A stretch of 63,888 nucleotides of DNA, filler included, from Olpidium bornovanus S191 (GCA_017911155.1; 27 parts of 27 records of this genome joined end to end with filler, not necessarily neighbours in it); one strand, 5' to 3'; positions 1 through 12,121 are shown, counted from the first letter of the whole stretch. Program-made: numbers and translations. The notes: generated by a model from the sequence alone, not told the origin.

Positions 1-904
1 CCCCCTGCCCGCTTTCGGCCAGGGGGGTTGTTATGGTTTCCGGCGGTGTTACCTGGTGGCCACAAAATGCCACTTGGTGCCGTTTCCGCGCACGCACTCA
101 CGGTAAGGCCCGAATTTAACACCTCAAGCACATCATGTCTGCGGACAACTGTGCAAATCTTTTACCAAGGCATTACCGGTGTCTGCCCACGAGAAGCTAG
201 TCGAGATAATCAGCCTACGCCGACTCCATGTTCTCCTTCGGGAACGGTAAAGGAGAACTAGAAGGCTTGGTTTCTCGCATCGGAGAAAACGCCCTCCTCA
301 TCGAGGAGAAGCATCTGAGGTTTTTCTCCGATGAGTTTGGTTTTTCCCCGCATGTCACCAATGCTCCCGACCAATTGACTTCTGCCAACATTGCGACGAC
401 CGATCACCATCATTTCTCGTTGTGACACCATGAAGGACCCAAAGACGTCTACGGACGAGCCTAATTGCACACCCAGAGGAACGATCGTCGCAGGTAATCT
501 GCAGGTTTTTCCGTGTCTTCCGTGTGAGGAGTGTTGAGTCCGAGTCGTAAGCACCCGAGAGGTCACGTGACAACAGCGTCCGCCAGAAGTAGGTCAGGAC
601 CTCTCTTCCCGGAATGATCTCGCACTCGATAACCAAAAAACAGAGGCGCAAAAAAAAATCCCGTTAGAACACTTTTGACGGTTATGGGAGCCCATAAAAC
701 ATCATAATGGCGGCGCCGACAAGAAATTGTTATGGGTGCCGATAAGGCCACCCGAAATTCGAATGTTTGACATGCACTATTATTAGTGGAAAGTACTTTT
801 CTCCACACCTGCCCGCAACCTGCAGGCCTTAGAGCCCATCCCCCTCCTTCCTCCCACCCCCTGTTGGAATGGCTTCGCCGAGCGAGTCAGACACCTGGTG
901 CGAA

Positions 905-976
905 GGGCGGATAGCTCAATGGTAGAGCATCCCTCCGGGTAGCGGAAGGTCCTGAGTTCGCCCCTCGGTCGGCCCA
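905..976 (+). tRNA. tRNA-like gene, probably a pseudogene (nominal anticodon GGG/Pro)
   Basis: 72-nt cloverleaf. Acceptor GGGCGGA/TCGGCCC (6/7 pairs), D-arm GCTC-AATGGTA-GAGC, anticodon stem TCCCT/GCGGA (one mismatch) with loop CCGGGTA, T-arm CTGAG-TTCGCCC-CTCGG, discriminator A, then CTTTT. It lacks U33 and A58. Confidence 0.6.
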
Positions 977-1029
977 CTTTTGATGCTGCGACACTCTCCA
1001 CTTCCCGGCAAAATAATTGTGAGCCAAAC

Positions 1030-1464
1030 ATGTTGCCTTTGGCTTCTAATGATGCTCGGGTGCAACAAACTGGACATCATCTCTACTCGAGCCTCGTCCG
1101 CCCGCCCTTCCCGGGCGCCTTGTGGCGCACATGCGAAGGACACAGCGACGTAAGCACGCGTGATACGGCCCGCGCGCCATCGCAGGTCCGGGAAAGAAGC
1201 ACTCTAATGTAGGATGATCGACAATGCTCTTGGAGGGTGATGTGCCGCCGGCCTGCCGGGCAAATTGCAAGATGCATACCAGTCCAACTCGTTTTCGAAT
1301 ATCTCGAGATTTTCCGTATCTGGTATCGCTCTGAGGAGGAGGCCACGGAAATGACGAAGCAGTTCGCCGAGCTAGTTCGCCGAGCTTCAAACGACTCGGT
1401 CACACGCAAACTGTCAAAAGCCTTCTTGGGGGTTCACCTGTTCTGTTATCCAAAAAAAAAATAA
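1030..1464 (+). CDS. Hypothetical spliced ORF (2 exons)
   Basis: Phase-0 intron 1150-1212 (GTAAGC...CTAATGTAG) joins ORF 1030.. to ORF 1237.. in frame. No family recognised. Confidence 0.3.
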
Positions 1465-2185
1465 CCTACTGCGCGTGAAAAGTTCGCAAAAGATGCTGCT
1501 GCTAATTGCACACGTCAACGGGTCGTGCGAACGACTCCGCAACGCAAAAAGCTTTTCACCGCAACAGATCTCGTTTCATTATATTAAGTATCAATAAAAC
1601 TGCTGATACACCAAGAGCCGCCTTTAATACTCGATACGGGCACTTTCGAGCGACTCGTCCTGACCCTTCAGTCGCGTACCTGTGCGTCCGCATCTTTTTA
1701 ATCAACGCCGTTCCCACAAACGTCGATGATCCCTTTCCCGGCGTCTTCTCCCCACTGCTGTCAAAACCTCGCGGAACACAATTCGCACGCGCCAAAGCGG
1801 CCGCGCCACTGCTTGTTGAGGCGGTTTTGACAGCAGACTTCCGAAACCGATCGTGCGCGTGGGTTATATATAACAACATAGAGGAGGGGGTTGTCTGGGG
1901 CTGGGATTCGCCGGTGTTTGATATTCTCAGCAGGACAAAAATAAAACGTCACGTTTCTTTTCTCGCAAGTTTAAAGCCGCGCGCGCGCGAAGGGAAAGGG
2001 GGGCCGGGGCGGGGGTAGAGGAAGGAGTTCTGGGGCCGACCTCTCTCGGAGAAAGAAGAGAAGAACCGCGGGAGACACCTCCACCTTCCGACCAGCGGAC
2101 GGGGCACAGCCGCGTGACCGCGATCACCACACCGAGAAGACGCTTTCGCGGCAGCACGTGGCAAAAACTCGCTTCTCGCGCGAAC

Positions 2186-4016
2186 ATGCCCGACAAAAAC
2201 GCGCCGGCCTTCGATTTCAAGCAGGCGGCCAAGCGAGCCATGGGGGGCGGAGTAGCCGGTGCGTCCGCCATGGTCGTACAGGTTTGCACGCTCATGGTGA
2301 GGCAAAAAAAAATGAAATAAAAGAAGAGCGGCGCGAGCGCCAGCGGTTCCCGGGTTCGTTCTCTCGATATGCTTGCGCAAAGGCCGTTTCGGGGACTTCC
2401 GCTTTTTTTCAACCGTCGTTGCGATTTTGAACGCACGGCCTTGCGCACTAACTCAGTCTACCTCCTTTCCGCCCGTTGATCGCGGCCAACGTTTCACAGC
2501 CGCTTCGGACGACAATGGTAAGGCGGCGCCTTTTTTTTTCTTTATTTTTTTTCTTTATTATTATTACTTGAAGGCACCCCGAACGCGTATCCAGCGCATA
2601 AGTTGCCTCGGCACTCAGCAAGGGATAAACGCCTCCGTCCCCCGCGTCCTGCAGAACTACCAATATCGCTTCGGGACCACCACCAGTGAGGCGTGGAAAA
2701 CACTTTACCGAGACGGCGGAGTCCGGCGGTTTTACCGCGGGATAGGCCCGGCTCTTATACAGGGTCCTATGTCACGTTTCGGGTGCGGACGCAACGAAAG
2801 CCGCCGACTTCGTCGACTCGCGTGTGAAAACGGTAGCGAGCACAGACTAACAGAGCCGCTTCTGACGCGCGATAATACATCGTCATTACAAATTCTGCCC
2901 ACAAGTGATACTGCCGCCAATCAAGGCATGCTTGCCCTGCTTGACTCCCACGACCTTACACGCGATTTTCCTGTCGCCGTCAAGACGGTCGCGGTTGGTT
3001 TTATTGCTTCTATTTCTTATTTTTTTTTTTGCTTGGAGATACGTATATTGTTGAGATCGCGAGGCTCGTTTGAACATCATGTCGATCGCATTAACCATGG
3101 CGAGTGGAACGGCGTTGTGTACCACCACCGTTTCAGGCTTCTTTTGCGTCTGCCCTTTTCCGGGTCGGTCTGATGCCGGTGGACACACTCAAGACGGTAA
3201 CGTCTCTCTAATTACCTCAAAAGTCGGAATTGATTCGTGGGACGTTAGCTAACGCGTGCGCTTAATGATTCCAGACCCTGCAAACCGGCGGCGAAAACGC
3301 TTTGCCGCTACTCCGCCAGAAAATTGCAGCGCATGGGATTGGTACGCTTTGGTACGGCGCCGGGGCAACTGTTGCGGCAACGTTCGTTGGACACTACCCG
3401 TAAGTTTCCTTTCACAATTTGCAACCAGCCGGGAATCCAATCCGGCACCGAACATTCTATTTATGACCGGCGAATTTTCTTTTATTGCTCGTTGTTAGAT
3501 GGTTTGCTGTGTACAACATCCTCAACGAGAAATTACCACAGCAGGTTACGATGCCCAAGAAGCTGGCAAGGAGCGCGGTGATTGGTTTCTCCGCGTCAGT
3601 TACCTCGGACACTATTTCTAACTCCCTTCGGGTATGTCGTCGCGGCCACTCTCCTTGGGATTGACACGTTACGCTTTCGCGCCTCGCTTTGCGATAAGCC
3701 TTCGCTTTCCCTCAATCGCTTCGCGCTACCTCCTTCTCCATATTTTACCTCTAATTTGGGTCGCCCAATATTTGTTTGGTTGTCTGGTAACGGGATCACG
3801 CAGGTAATCAAGACGTATCGTCAGACCCACGTCGAAAAGGTCTCATACCAGCGTGCCGTGAAGGAAATTGTTGAGAAAGACGGCGTTATCGGCCTCTTCG
3901 GCCGTGGGCTGCGAACGCGCATCCTCACCAACGCTTTGCAGGGCGTCATCTTCAGCGTCCTGTGGCGAATGTTTGAGGATGTGCTTACGCACAAGGGCAA
4001 GGCAAAGAAAGAGTGA
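2186..4016 (+). CDS. Mitochondrial carrier (SLC25/MCF) family protein, ~8 exons
   Basis: Spliced translation MPDKNAPAFDFKQAAKRAMGGGVAGASAMVVQVCTLM|PLRTTM|NYQYRFG...QGPMSRFG|DTAANQG...|ASFASALFRVGLMPVDTLKT|...TLWYGAGATVAATFVGHYP|WFAVYN...SDTISNSLR|VIKTYRQ...GLFGRGLRTRILTNALQGVIFSVLW. It has PxD/RxxK carrier signatures and GT-AG introns. Confidence 0.9.
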
Positions 4017-4454
4017 TATCCCTCCATATTTCTTCCCAAACTTGTGCCATTCCAGATAAAGATATCGATTATAATCTAAGAAAGCCAAACAATTTCTTTT
4101 GGTTACTAATGGAAAAGCCGGCTCCATACAAAAAAAAAACGGGATCCGCCGGACGTTTTGGTCGCGAGTCGAGGAAGCGCGGCCGCGCTTCTTCGACCCG
4201 ACGCCAAAAACAGACGGGAGGGTGGGAGGGAAGGTGTTTCGATGTCAAATGCGGGTCAAATTTGCGCGACGGTATACCTGATCTGTATGGTGATCGATTG
4301 TGTGGGCGCACTGTCGCAGACCCGCATCACGTATTTTCACCTGCTTGTCGCTCGGGCTGCCATACATGGTGCGAAAAAAAAAAATGCGGAATCTGTGTAC
4401 AAACGCCGGCCCGCTTTGCATTGGGCCCGCGTTTTTCCAGCGAACACGGTTCGT

Positions 4455-4645
4455 TCGCTTGCGATGTGGGCCCCGCCGGAGTTGAAGGCGACGCTTAGCG
4501 GCCAGGACGTGTAACCGTTAAATACGCCGGAGCTGTGCCCGTGGTGCGCGTCGTACATGTGGTGCCTTTTGTCGTCGGAGCCCGTCGCAAGTTTTACTGA
4601 GCCGCCGGAAAGGTCAAGGCTGGCGAACCGCTATGGTATGCGCCG
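4455..4645 (-). pseudogene. Decayed WD40 exon resembling WDR61/SKI8
   Basis: AHTIAVR/(frameshift)/LSGGSVKLATGSDDKRHHMYDAHHGHSSGVFNGYTSWPLSVAFNSGGAHIAS resembles WDR61 [24 protein letters not shown]...GHASWVLNVAF. It has a frameshift and GH>GY, WV>WP changes. Confidence 0.55.
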
Positions 4646-6890
4646 AAGAAAAAAACCTCTCTGGCGAGAGGTAAGAAAAAAACCAAAAGCCCCCGTGATA
4701 TATCCTGCGTCACCGAAGGTGGAAGAATTAGGCTTGTTGGCCAAGTGTGGCCAAACGTGATCAGGGAAAGTTTGCGCATGCTGTGGTTATGTCCGTTCCC
4801 GGGAAACTCAAACTCAGGGTGTCCATTTGGCGAACTCAGTTTCGGGAGGAACCGCTGGGAAGGGCTTGCCCACAATGATTGACGTGCAGAGAATTCACCC
4901 GCAAGGCCACGCGCACCGACGCCCAAATTCAGACGACTGGGCCAACCCACATAGCGACTTCGCGGATGCGGCTGCGCACCGCGTGAAACCCCCAGCAGAC
5001 ACGGTCTTTGCCTAGTTGTCGGTCATCTCTCCAGGAGCCGACCCTGAAGCCACGACAAGCCCGTCCAGGGTCCCACAAACGCGCAGGTAAACTCAATCGC
5101 CGGCACGGGAGGGGAACGCATACACTGCGCACAGCGGGCGGCCCCCCGCCACGTTGCAACCGAAGGAGAGCGAAACGAATAGAAAGGAGAAAATTTGCTC
5201 GCCTTTACGTGAATGAACACGTGTCTTCTACGTTCCCCGCAGGCGGAGGACGGCGCGGAGCAAAAACGGCGGGCGCAAAACGCGTTGTTCTCCTCCAGAT
5301 GCTGTCTTCGACCGTGTTCCCAGAAGGGGCGCGGAGCGCCTGGGGGCGGGCTATCGGCGAAACGGGCGGGGAAGCACGGGGGAGGAAACGGACTGGCGGA
5401 AGAGGAAATTGCCCCGTTCGTATATGCCCCACTTGCGGGATTTGCCCGCAGACGGCGGAGCGGACCAGCGGGGAGCACGAGCAGCACGGAAAAATACTTT
5501 GTGGAGTGTTGGGAAAAAAAAAGTTCTTGTTCGAATTCTTTGTTCTTTTTTCTGTTCTACAGAAGAAGACCGCACCAAAATGCGCACTGGCCCCGATAAC
5601 TGCTACACTTGTCTCTTGAACTAAGTCCCAGCTTGCGCAGAGAGTACCGATATTCAATACCAATTCCAATACCACGACCCAAACAACCTGTTTCCAAACA
5701 AATGCCCCAAACAATCCAAACGTCCAAAAGCGTGTGGTCGTAGAAATAGAGGAAAAGTGACGCGTTTAAAAAAAAAACAGTGACGCGTTCGAAAGAGAGC
5801 AGGTCCTGAGCCAGAGGGCCCCAGCCGCCGTTGAAACTGCTGCCTCTGCCCCTCAATAGTTGGTGATCCCGGGCGGACGGCATTCGGCGGACCGGCAATT
5901 TCAGTGACAACGGCAGGTGACTGATTTGGCATATTTAGACACAAATTCAGACTAGAATCAAAGGCAGCTACAGAGGATATTTTCAAACCGGTTCAGGCGC
6001 AAACATATTCTGATGCAAATTTTGTGATGCAGATTCTGATGCTGAGTCCACTGCTGATTTTGATGCAGAGCGCAATGCTGTTTTACATAGGTCTAATACC
6101 GATTCCAGCACACACGGCCCAAACAACTTATTGACGGACGAGCATTCTGAACACCCCAAACGTCCAAACGCGTGTGGGGCGGGATGCGGGGTTGGAGGCG
6201 GGGGGACCCCGCCTTTTGTACCCGCGGGCGTGGGGGAGTGGGAAGAGGGGGGGTGGGGAAACGGCGGGAAGCGGGACCGTGCTTTGTTTACGTCCCATGG
6301 TCGTCGCTTGGCTTCACGGTCGTCGTAACCGGGAGGTGCATTATTTGCCCTCTATGAGCTTTTAAAAGAGTTTAGCGCGATCGTCGGTGACAGTGAATCG
6401 AGAATCCAACTCCCTTATCCCCAGGCAAACGTGGTCTCCGCAACCACACCCGTTTGTTAGCACTCTACAACTGTGCAATGGATTGCATAGCCATTGAGCT
6501 TCAGTCGCACAGTTTTTCTTAAGTATGCTTCCACCAATCTGTCCAGTACCTGGATTCGATGAACGTGAAATGAATAAACCATAGTGTCACATAAGGCCCA
6601 TTGCAGCCGATGCCCAAGGATTGAATTACGTGTACGAAGTATGAAGTGCCACAATCGATTTTTCGACAGCAGTTCGAACCGCAGCGTAGTTTTGCTAATA
6701 CACCTAAAAAGAATGGATACCAACGAACCGTAACTGGAATTCGCAAATATAAAGCTACCAAAAAGCCGATTGTTTTTGCCGCCGCACGGAACCGAACATC
6801 GAAAAAACGGAGTTTTGGGGAGGATATAACTCAGACGTACGGACGTATCCATTGAATTGAGTTTGGAATATTTTCTGCATTTCGGAAATA

Positions 6891-7050
6891 CGGCGGCTAA
6901 ACCGGCTCTTGTTTGGAATCCGCAGCGAAAATATGGTAATAATCCATCCGCAACAGCCGGCGCTTCAGCCGGCTCTTGTTCGCAATCAGCAGTGTAAGTA
7001 GCAAGAATTCATCGGCGCTTCACCCGGTTTTTTGTTCGCAATCAGCAGTG
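6891..7050 (+). repeat. Three degenerate 37-38-bp direct repeats with 30- and 18-nt spacers
   Basis: Copies at 6891-6927, 6958-6994 and 7013-7050, consensus about CGGCGCTTCAGCCGGCTCTTGTTCGCAATCAGCAGTG. Confidence 0.75.
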
Positions 7051-7633
7051 GAAGGGAAAGTAGTGATTTATTGCTGCTTCAATATAGTGAACGAAGGCGC
7101 CGTTTGTTATCTTTATTACGCAACCATTGGAAGTCTCTATAAACCAGGCTCAGTCTTGCCATTCTGTCTATACGCTCTTGTCTGGCAGTGAGTTCCCTTT
7201 CCTCGATGTCTCGCCCCACCCTTCCCCTGCAGCGTCAAAGTCCTCTGTGCCATGTCCGTTGAACGTGCCGTGTGGCGAAGCAGGTTCTCTCGCAACTTTG
7301 CTAAAAGCACGGCCGGTTCTTCTGCCGTTTTTGACAGCGTAAGCGAAGGAGAAGAGCAAGAACCGCCGGGCGTGCGGGCTTGACCGAAAATGCCTTCCCA
7401 AGCTTGTTTCAACCGTTCGTCCCTCCCGACTGCTTTCGTGCGGCGGCGCGGGTGGCGGGCCACGTGCGGTCACGCGCGTAAGTTTACCCCGCCCCCGACC
7501 CTCCGGACCCGTTCCGCCCGCTCTTCTCCTCGCCTTCCTTTTTCCGACCGTTCTGAGGGAAATCGAAAGGAGACGACGACAGACAAGCCGACCCCGACCG
7601 TTCACAGCGCGACCGCGCAGAAAGCGCTCAGCC

Positions 7634-7743
<110 letters not shown>

Positions 7744-7755
7744 CCCCCCCGCGCC

Positions 7756-7855
7756 NNNNNNNNNNNNNNNNNNNNNNNNNNNNNNNNNNNNNNNNNNNNT
7801 TAATTAATTAANNNNNNNNNNNNNNNNNNNNNNNNNNNNNNNNNNNNNNNNNNNN
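7756..7855. other. Artificial contig-joining linker (first of 26)
   Basis: 44 N + TTAATTAATTAA (stops in all six frames) + 44 N. Linkers of this type start near 7756, 10336, 12248, 13747, 15714, 17133, 18459, 20695, 23947, 25967, 29876, 31290, 32901, 36201, 39493, 41334, 42601, 43966, 47533, 49432, 52652, 54412, 55687, 57436, 59211 and 60972. Confidence 0.97.
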
Positions 7856-7879
7856 CATGCCCTACGGGAGAGGCAGATT

Positions 7880-8398
7880 CTACGGCCCCGACTCGGAAAA
7901 TTTCTGCGTGAGGCGTAGGTTCGGAATCTGGGCTGCGTGAAGGCGTCCATTTAAAGACACCAGGTGAGCAAGAGGGGATTGATCAATGAAAATTGAGAGG
8001 CGGGCCAATAAATATTCAGAAACTTCAGGTTTGGCTTTCTTGAAAAATACCAGGGTAAGCCCTGGCATAATCGCTTCTGCTGCTGCCTCTGGCATCGCCT
8101 TGGCCGGGCCTAGCTTCTGCTCTGCACACCACTCTTGCGCGCGTCTCACATACGGCTCTGCCAACAACGTCAGCAAGCTTAGGGAAAAGGTGGCCTTCAG
8201 TAGATCTTTTTTGATTCCTTTTCTGGAACTATTTCCTTCATCTGTTGTGCCCTTGCGTGTAAAGCCTCCTCCCCGCACCCTCACCCCAAGTATGACCCTC
8301 TCAGTAAATGATTTACCATTGCGGCCCTCTCTTATTTTTTTCCTCGCCTGTGCGATTGTCTGTAAGTTCCCTTTTTTGGGGGCTGTCGCGCCCGACAT
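7880..8398 (-). CDS. Hypothetical protein, divergent from the DUF1748 gene
   Basis: 172-aa ATG ORF with plausible internal splice donors (AATG|GTAAAT). The start is 286 bp from the DUF1748 ATG, head to head. No family recognised. Confidence 0.3.
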   Translation of the reverse strand: MSGATAPKKGNLQTIAQARKKIREGRNGKSFTERVILGVRVRGGGFTRKGTTDEGNSSRKGIKKDLLKATFSLSLLTLLAEPYVRRAQEWCAEQKLGPAKAMPEAAAEAIMPGLTLVFFKKAKPEVSEYLLARLSIFIDQSPLAHLVSLNGRLHAAQIPNLRLTQKFSESGP

Positions 8399-8683
8399 GC
8401 CCGAAACGCGAATTTTTCACCCGTCCGTTTCGACCGGTTTTCTGGTTCTCCGCCCACGGTGCCGCGGGGAGGTGCATGGGGGGAGGGGAAGGGGGGCGTC
8501 AACGTCGCGTGTGCGGGGGAAAGTTTGCCTGGGCGGGGCCGGTTAGCTCCGCTTCATCCCCCGCGGCCACCCCCGATCCACCGCCGCCAACTGACCCCGC
8601 GGCCCGAAAAGCCAGGACTGCCGCCACCCGCCAGCCTCTGGTTGCCAGGCGCCCACAGTCCGCCTCACCCCTCTCCCATCCAA

Positions 8684-9407
8684 ATGTCGCTCGGCCGCCT
8701 GGTCCACTTTACCGTGGACGCAATACTCGTGTCGGCCGTGCTGGCGGGAATCAAAAGTGCGTGTGTTCTCTGCAAAGGGCGATGGCAAACGCTCGACCTC
8801 GACGCCAACGTCCGGTTCAAGGCCCTCGAGCGGCCTGCGTTTTGCCGCGGTTCCGCCGCTAACCCTTCCCGACTTCCTCGTGCGGCTCTCCCATCCCTTC
8901 TCCGCAGGATCGGCTGGTCTGACGTGAGTTCGTGTTTCTTGTTCGCGTCATTTCTTGTGCATCCTTGCACGCGGGGCGGAACTGCGGGGACGAACTTGCG
9001 GCGGAGAGCACTGCCCTGCTCGGGTCCGTCGTGGATCCGGTTGTCGGTGTCGCCGGAACGCTGCCATTCACTAGTTTTTGTTCGGGAGAAGCCTAACAAC
9101 GGGTTTTTGATGCCTTGATTGGCCATGGGACGTTTCCTTTCCGGCCGCGGGACGTCCCCTGACCGGCCGCGATGGCCCCTGGCCGGCCGCGTCCCGCCTT
9201 GGCTGCAATAACCTCTCGCCCCCTTCCCCTTTCCCTTCCCCCCCCCCCCCTGCTCCGCTCCGAAATACCAGTGTAGCGGCGGAGAAGCTGCCTAACGAGA
9301 GCGTCCAGAAAGTTGTTGAGCAGTACCTAGGGGTCGGAGAATGGGTTTTCGATAAGTCGATCAGCTTGATATCAGACTCGCCCTACTTCCGGAAGAACTG
9401 GCGGTGA
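8684..9407 (+). CDS. DUF1748-family small fungal protein (yeast YPR010C-A-like), 3 exons
   Basis: MSLGRLVHFTVDAILVSAVLAGIK|RSAGLT|VAAEKLPNESVQKVVEQYLGVGEWVFDKSISLISDSPYFRKNWR*. Splice phases are consistent and the family motifs LAGxKRSxGL and YLGVGEWVFD are present. Confidence 0.8.
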
Positions 9408-9559
9408 ACCGTGGACCAGCGGCCGGCGAGAGCAAGATCTAACCCCCTGTTTCCTCTGCAATGAGTCTGTTCTTTTCGGGCTGATTAAAACCCGGGCATC
9501 GCCGTTGGCGCTCCTCCTCCGGGCCACGCCGTCGAATAATGCACCTGACCGAGCGTACC

Positions 9560-9800
9560 TGCCACTACACTTGAGGGCTCTCTTTGAAGAGCCAACACTT
9601 CAAGGACTTCCAGACAGTGGGGTTGTGAGGAGTGCTTCGTCGCACAAGACGGATCGGCTGAGCAAATTCACCTAAACATTGGTTGTTCCCGATAGGTGTT
9701 CCAGTGCATAATGATTCCAGTGGTAGCGGTCCAACACCCAGAATGGTCACCAGCGCGAGCGGCGTCCGCCGGCCCCCAACAGTTGCGAAAGCGGACCTCG
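9560..9800 (-). mobile_element. Degenerate retroelement RNase H relic (DIRS- or gypsy-like)
   Basis: YALEHLSGTTNV*VNLLSRS resembles the HxxGxxNxxADxLSR RNase H C-terminal motif. It contains stops. Confidence 0.35.
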
Positions 9801-10450
9801 CCCGCCAAGCCTCGATTCCAATAAAGTCAGACTCGTGTGAATCTAACTACAACCTTCCCCGGCGTTTTCGCGCTCTGCCGCTTTCGGGTCCCGCAACGGG
9901 CAACCAATTTATCTTCGCCCTCCGGTCCGCGCGCGATTTCCACGTTCCGGCCGCATTTTCCGTCCAGAGATGTCGGATTAGCAAGGATCCCTCGGCCCGC
10001 ACCACGGTCATTTTTGGCGCGGTTCTCAAGCTTTCTGCGCAGTCGCTTCGAACCGCGGCTCCTCTCCATTTCTTGCGTGACACGGGAATTCGCGAATCGC
10101 CAGTCTCGCAAGTTCCCCCCGCGAAACCACCTCGCCGCCTGAGGATAGAAGGCGTTTTTCGTTTTGGCTGCCCAATCCATCACGATGATTGAAAGCGAGC
10201 TGTTTTACAGGCGGGAAATGAACAGAGTAAAGTGCAGTACTGCACCATTAGCGTTCAAGCCGTCAATGGAAAGCCGTGAAGGTGGCAATGAGCTTTGCCT
10301 GCGTACGCCCTGCGTAAACCGACCAGGAGCGCATGNNNNNNNNNNNNNNNNNNNNNNNNNNNNNNNNNNNNNNNNNNNNTTAATTAATTAANNNNNNNNN
10401 NNNNNNNNNNNNNNNNNNNNNNNNNNNNNNNNNNNGTCCGGCTCGATCAG

Positions 10451-12121
10451 CGAACAGGTTTGGCAACCTTCTGAGGAAGCTATGGAACCCGAAAGCTTTT
10501 AAGGGACAGGTTTCCCCGCACGAACTTCTCCAGGTGAGGGGTGACCATATTACATGACCGGAGAAAAGCCGACGGGCCTATGAACGGGGAACCCTGCGGT
10601 TTTCGGGCGATGCGGGTTGTGGCTGACTCTGCGTCATCCGCCTGCCTCCCGGCAACGCCGTCAGGCTAGCGCCCAAGCCAGCAGCAAGCGGTTCACGTCC
10701 ACAGAGCAGGCCGACACGGTTGACTTCCTATCATGGTTTCTTAATGCGCTGCACAGGGACCTCGGCGGGACCAAGAAGCTGAACAGCAGTGCGTGATTTT
10801 GAACCATATCCGGAAATCGTGTGCCTGGGCTTCCGAGCGCGTAGACCGCCGTCTGAACCAGGCGTCATTGGACGCAAAAAGGCATTATTTACGAATGCTT
10901 CCAGGGGGAAGTGCGAGTCGAGACCCAAACCGTTGGAGCGGTCAAGTACCAGGATGCGAAGAGTAAGATCAAGGAGTTCAATCCCGACCGCGGTGAGAGC
11001 CTGACTCATTTCCGCTCCCGGGGGGGGGATTCTTTCGGCGAGGGTGACAAACGCACCGTGTCGGGCGATCTGTCCGTCGCGGCTCGTCAGAAGCCGTCTG
11101 ATAATCCTCTCTCCGAACGGCACGTGGTCCTGATCGCCGCCAGAAACTACGTCGGTCACATCCCCCTTCCTCTACCTCACGCTCAACCTGCCGCCTCCGC
11201 CGCTTTTCCAGGATGAGCTGGAGAAAAACATTATCCCCCAGGTGCGCATTCGTTTCCAGGGTTTGAACTTGCTCCGCCACGTATCCGTGCGCGCCTGGTG
11301 CTCACGTCGCCCGGGGGGTCCCTGGCGAGCAGGTGCCACTGGTGACGCTGCTGCAAAAGTTCGACGGGAAGACTGCGCAAGAGTCCCAAGGCGTCCTCCG
11401 CCGGTACCGGATCACGAAGCTGCCCCGGTACCTGATCTTCCACATCAAGAGGTTTACGAAAAACAACTGGGCTGTCGAAAAGAACCCGACGATCGTAAAT
11501 TTTCCCATCCGGAACATCGACATGTCGGAGTGTACGTCCGCGTTCGTTTATCCTCCAGCGTTTCGTTTCGGCTGCGCGCAGGTCTTGCTCACAGTTCCGG
11601 CGAGTTGGCGTTCTGTCTTCCTTACCGCGACCGCAACCGTCCTTTGGCCCGTCTGGCCCGACCGGGGCTTCCCGCAGACGTCGAGAACCCCCCGGCGGAC
11701 TTGTCGACGCACTACGACCTCATCGCGAACATAGTGCACGAGGGCGGCGTCGCGGACAAGAACGGGGTCGTGAAGAAAAAGGGGGCCCTCAAGATCGGCG
11801 GCACCGCCGAGGGGCAGGGGGTGTACAAGGTCCACGTGCGCCACAAGGCCCGCGACCAGTGGTACCAGATCCAGGACCTGTTCGTCGAAGAGGTCATGCC
11901 GCAGATGATATTCTTGAGCGAGAGCTACGTGCAGGTTCGCGAGACGGGGAGGAGCGGGGAAGAGTTTTGCCGCCGGAGTCTTCCTGAGCCTTCGTCTAAC
12001 CCGGTTCTCGGTACCATCGCGCGCGCCGTTCTTTTACCGTTTCGTTTCGCCCGGTTTTTTTTTCTTTTACTTCGCGGAATCAAACCGCAAGATTTGGGGG
12101 CGCACCGCGAGCAGCGACTAG
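10451..12121 (+). CDS. SAD1: U4/U6.U5 tri-snRNP-associated protein 2 (USP39/Sad1), 5'-partial, multi-exon
   Basis: Exons NRFGNLLRKLWNPKAFKGQVSPHELLQ; DFLSWFLNALHRDLGGTKK; SIIYECFQGEV; FLYLTLNLPPPPLFQDELEKNIIPQ|VPLVTLLQKFDG; LPRYLIFHIKRFTKNNWAVEKNPTIVNFP; YDLIANIVHEG; WYQIQDLFVEEVMPQMIFLSESYVQ|IWGR. Confidence 0.93.

Noticed and set aside
258-566. VIGRRNVGRSQL / QMLLLDE resembling a P-loop and Walker B
   Set aside because: The P-loop Lys is absent, the spacing fits no NTPase family, and there is no splice support; none of the frames in 1-870 could be assigned.
6891-7050. CRISPR array
   Set aside because: Only three diverged repeats with unequal spacers, a eukaryotic context and no cas genes.
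8150-8398. Linker histone H1-like words (REGRNG...SSRKGIKK) in the minus-strand ORF
   Set aside because: The downstream winged-helix and wing motifs (LxQxKGxGASGSFKL) are missing; left as hypothetical.
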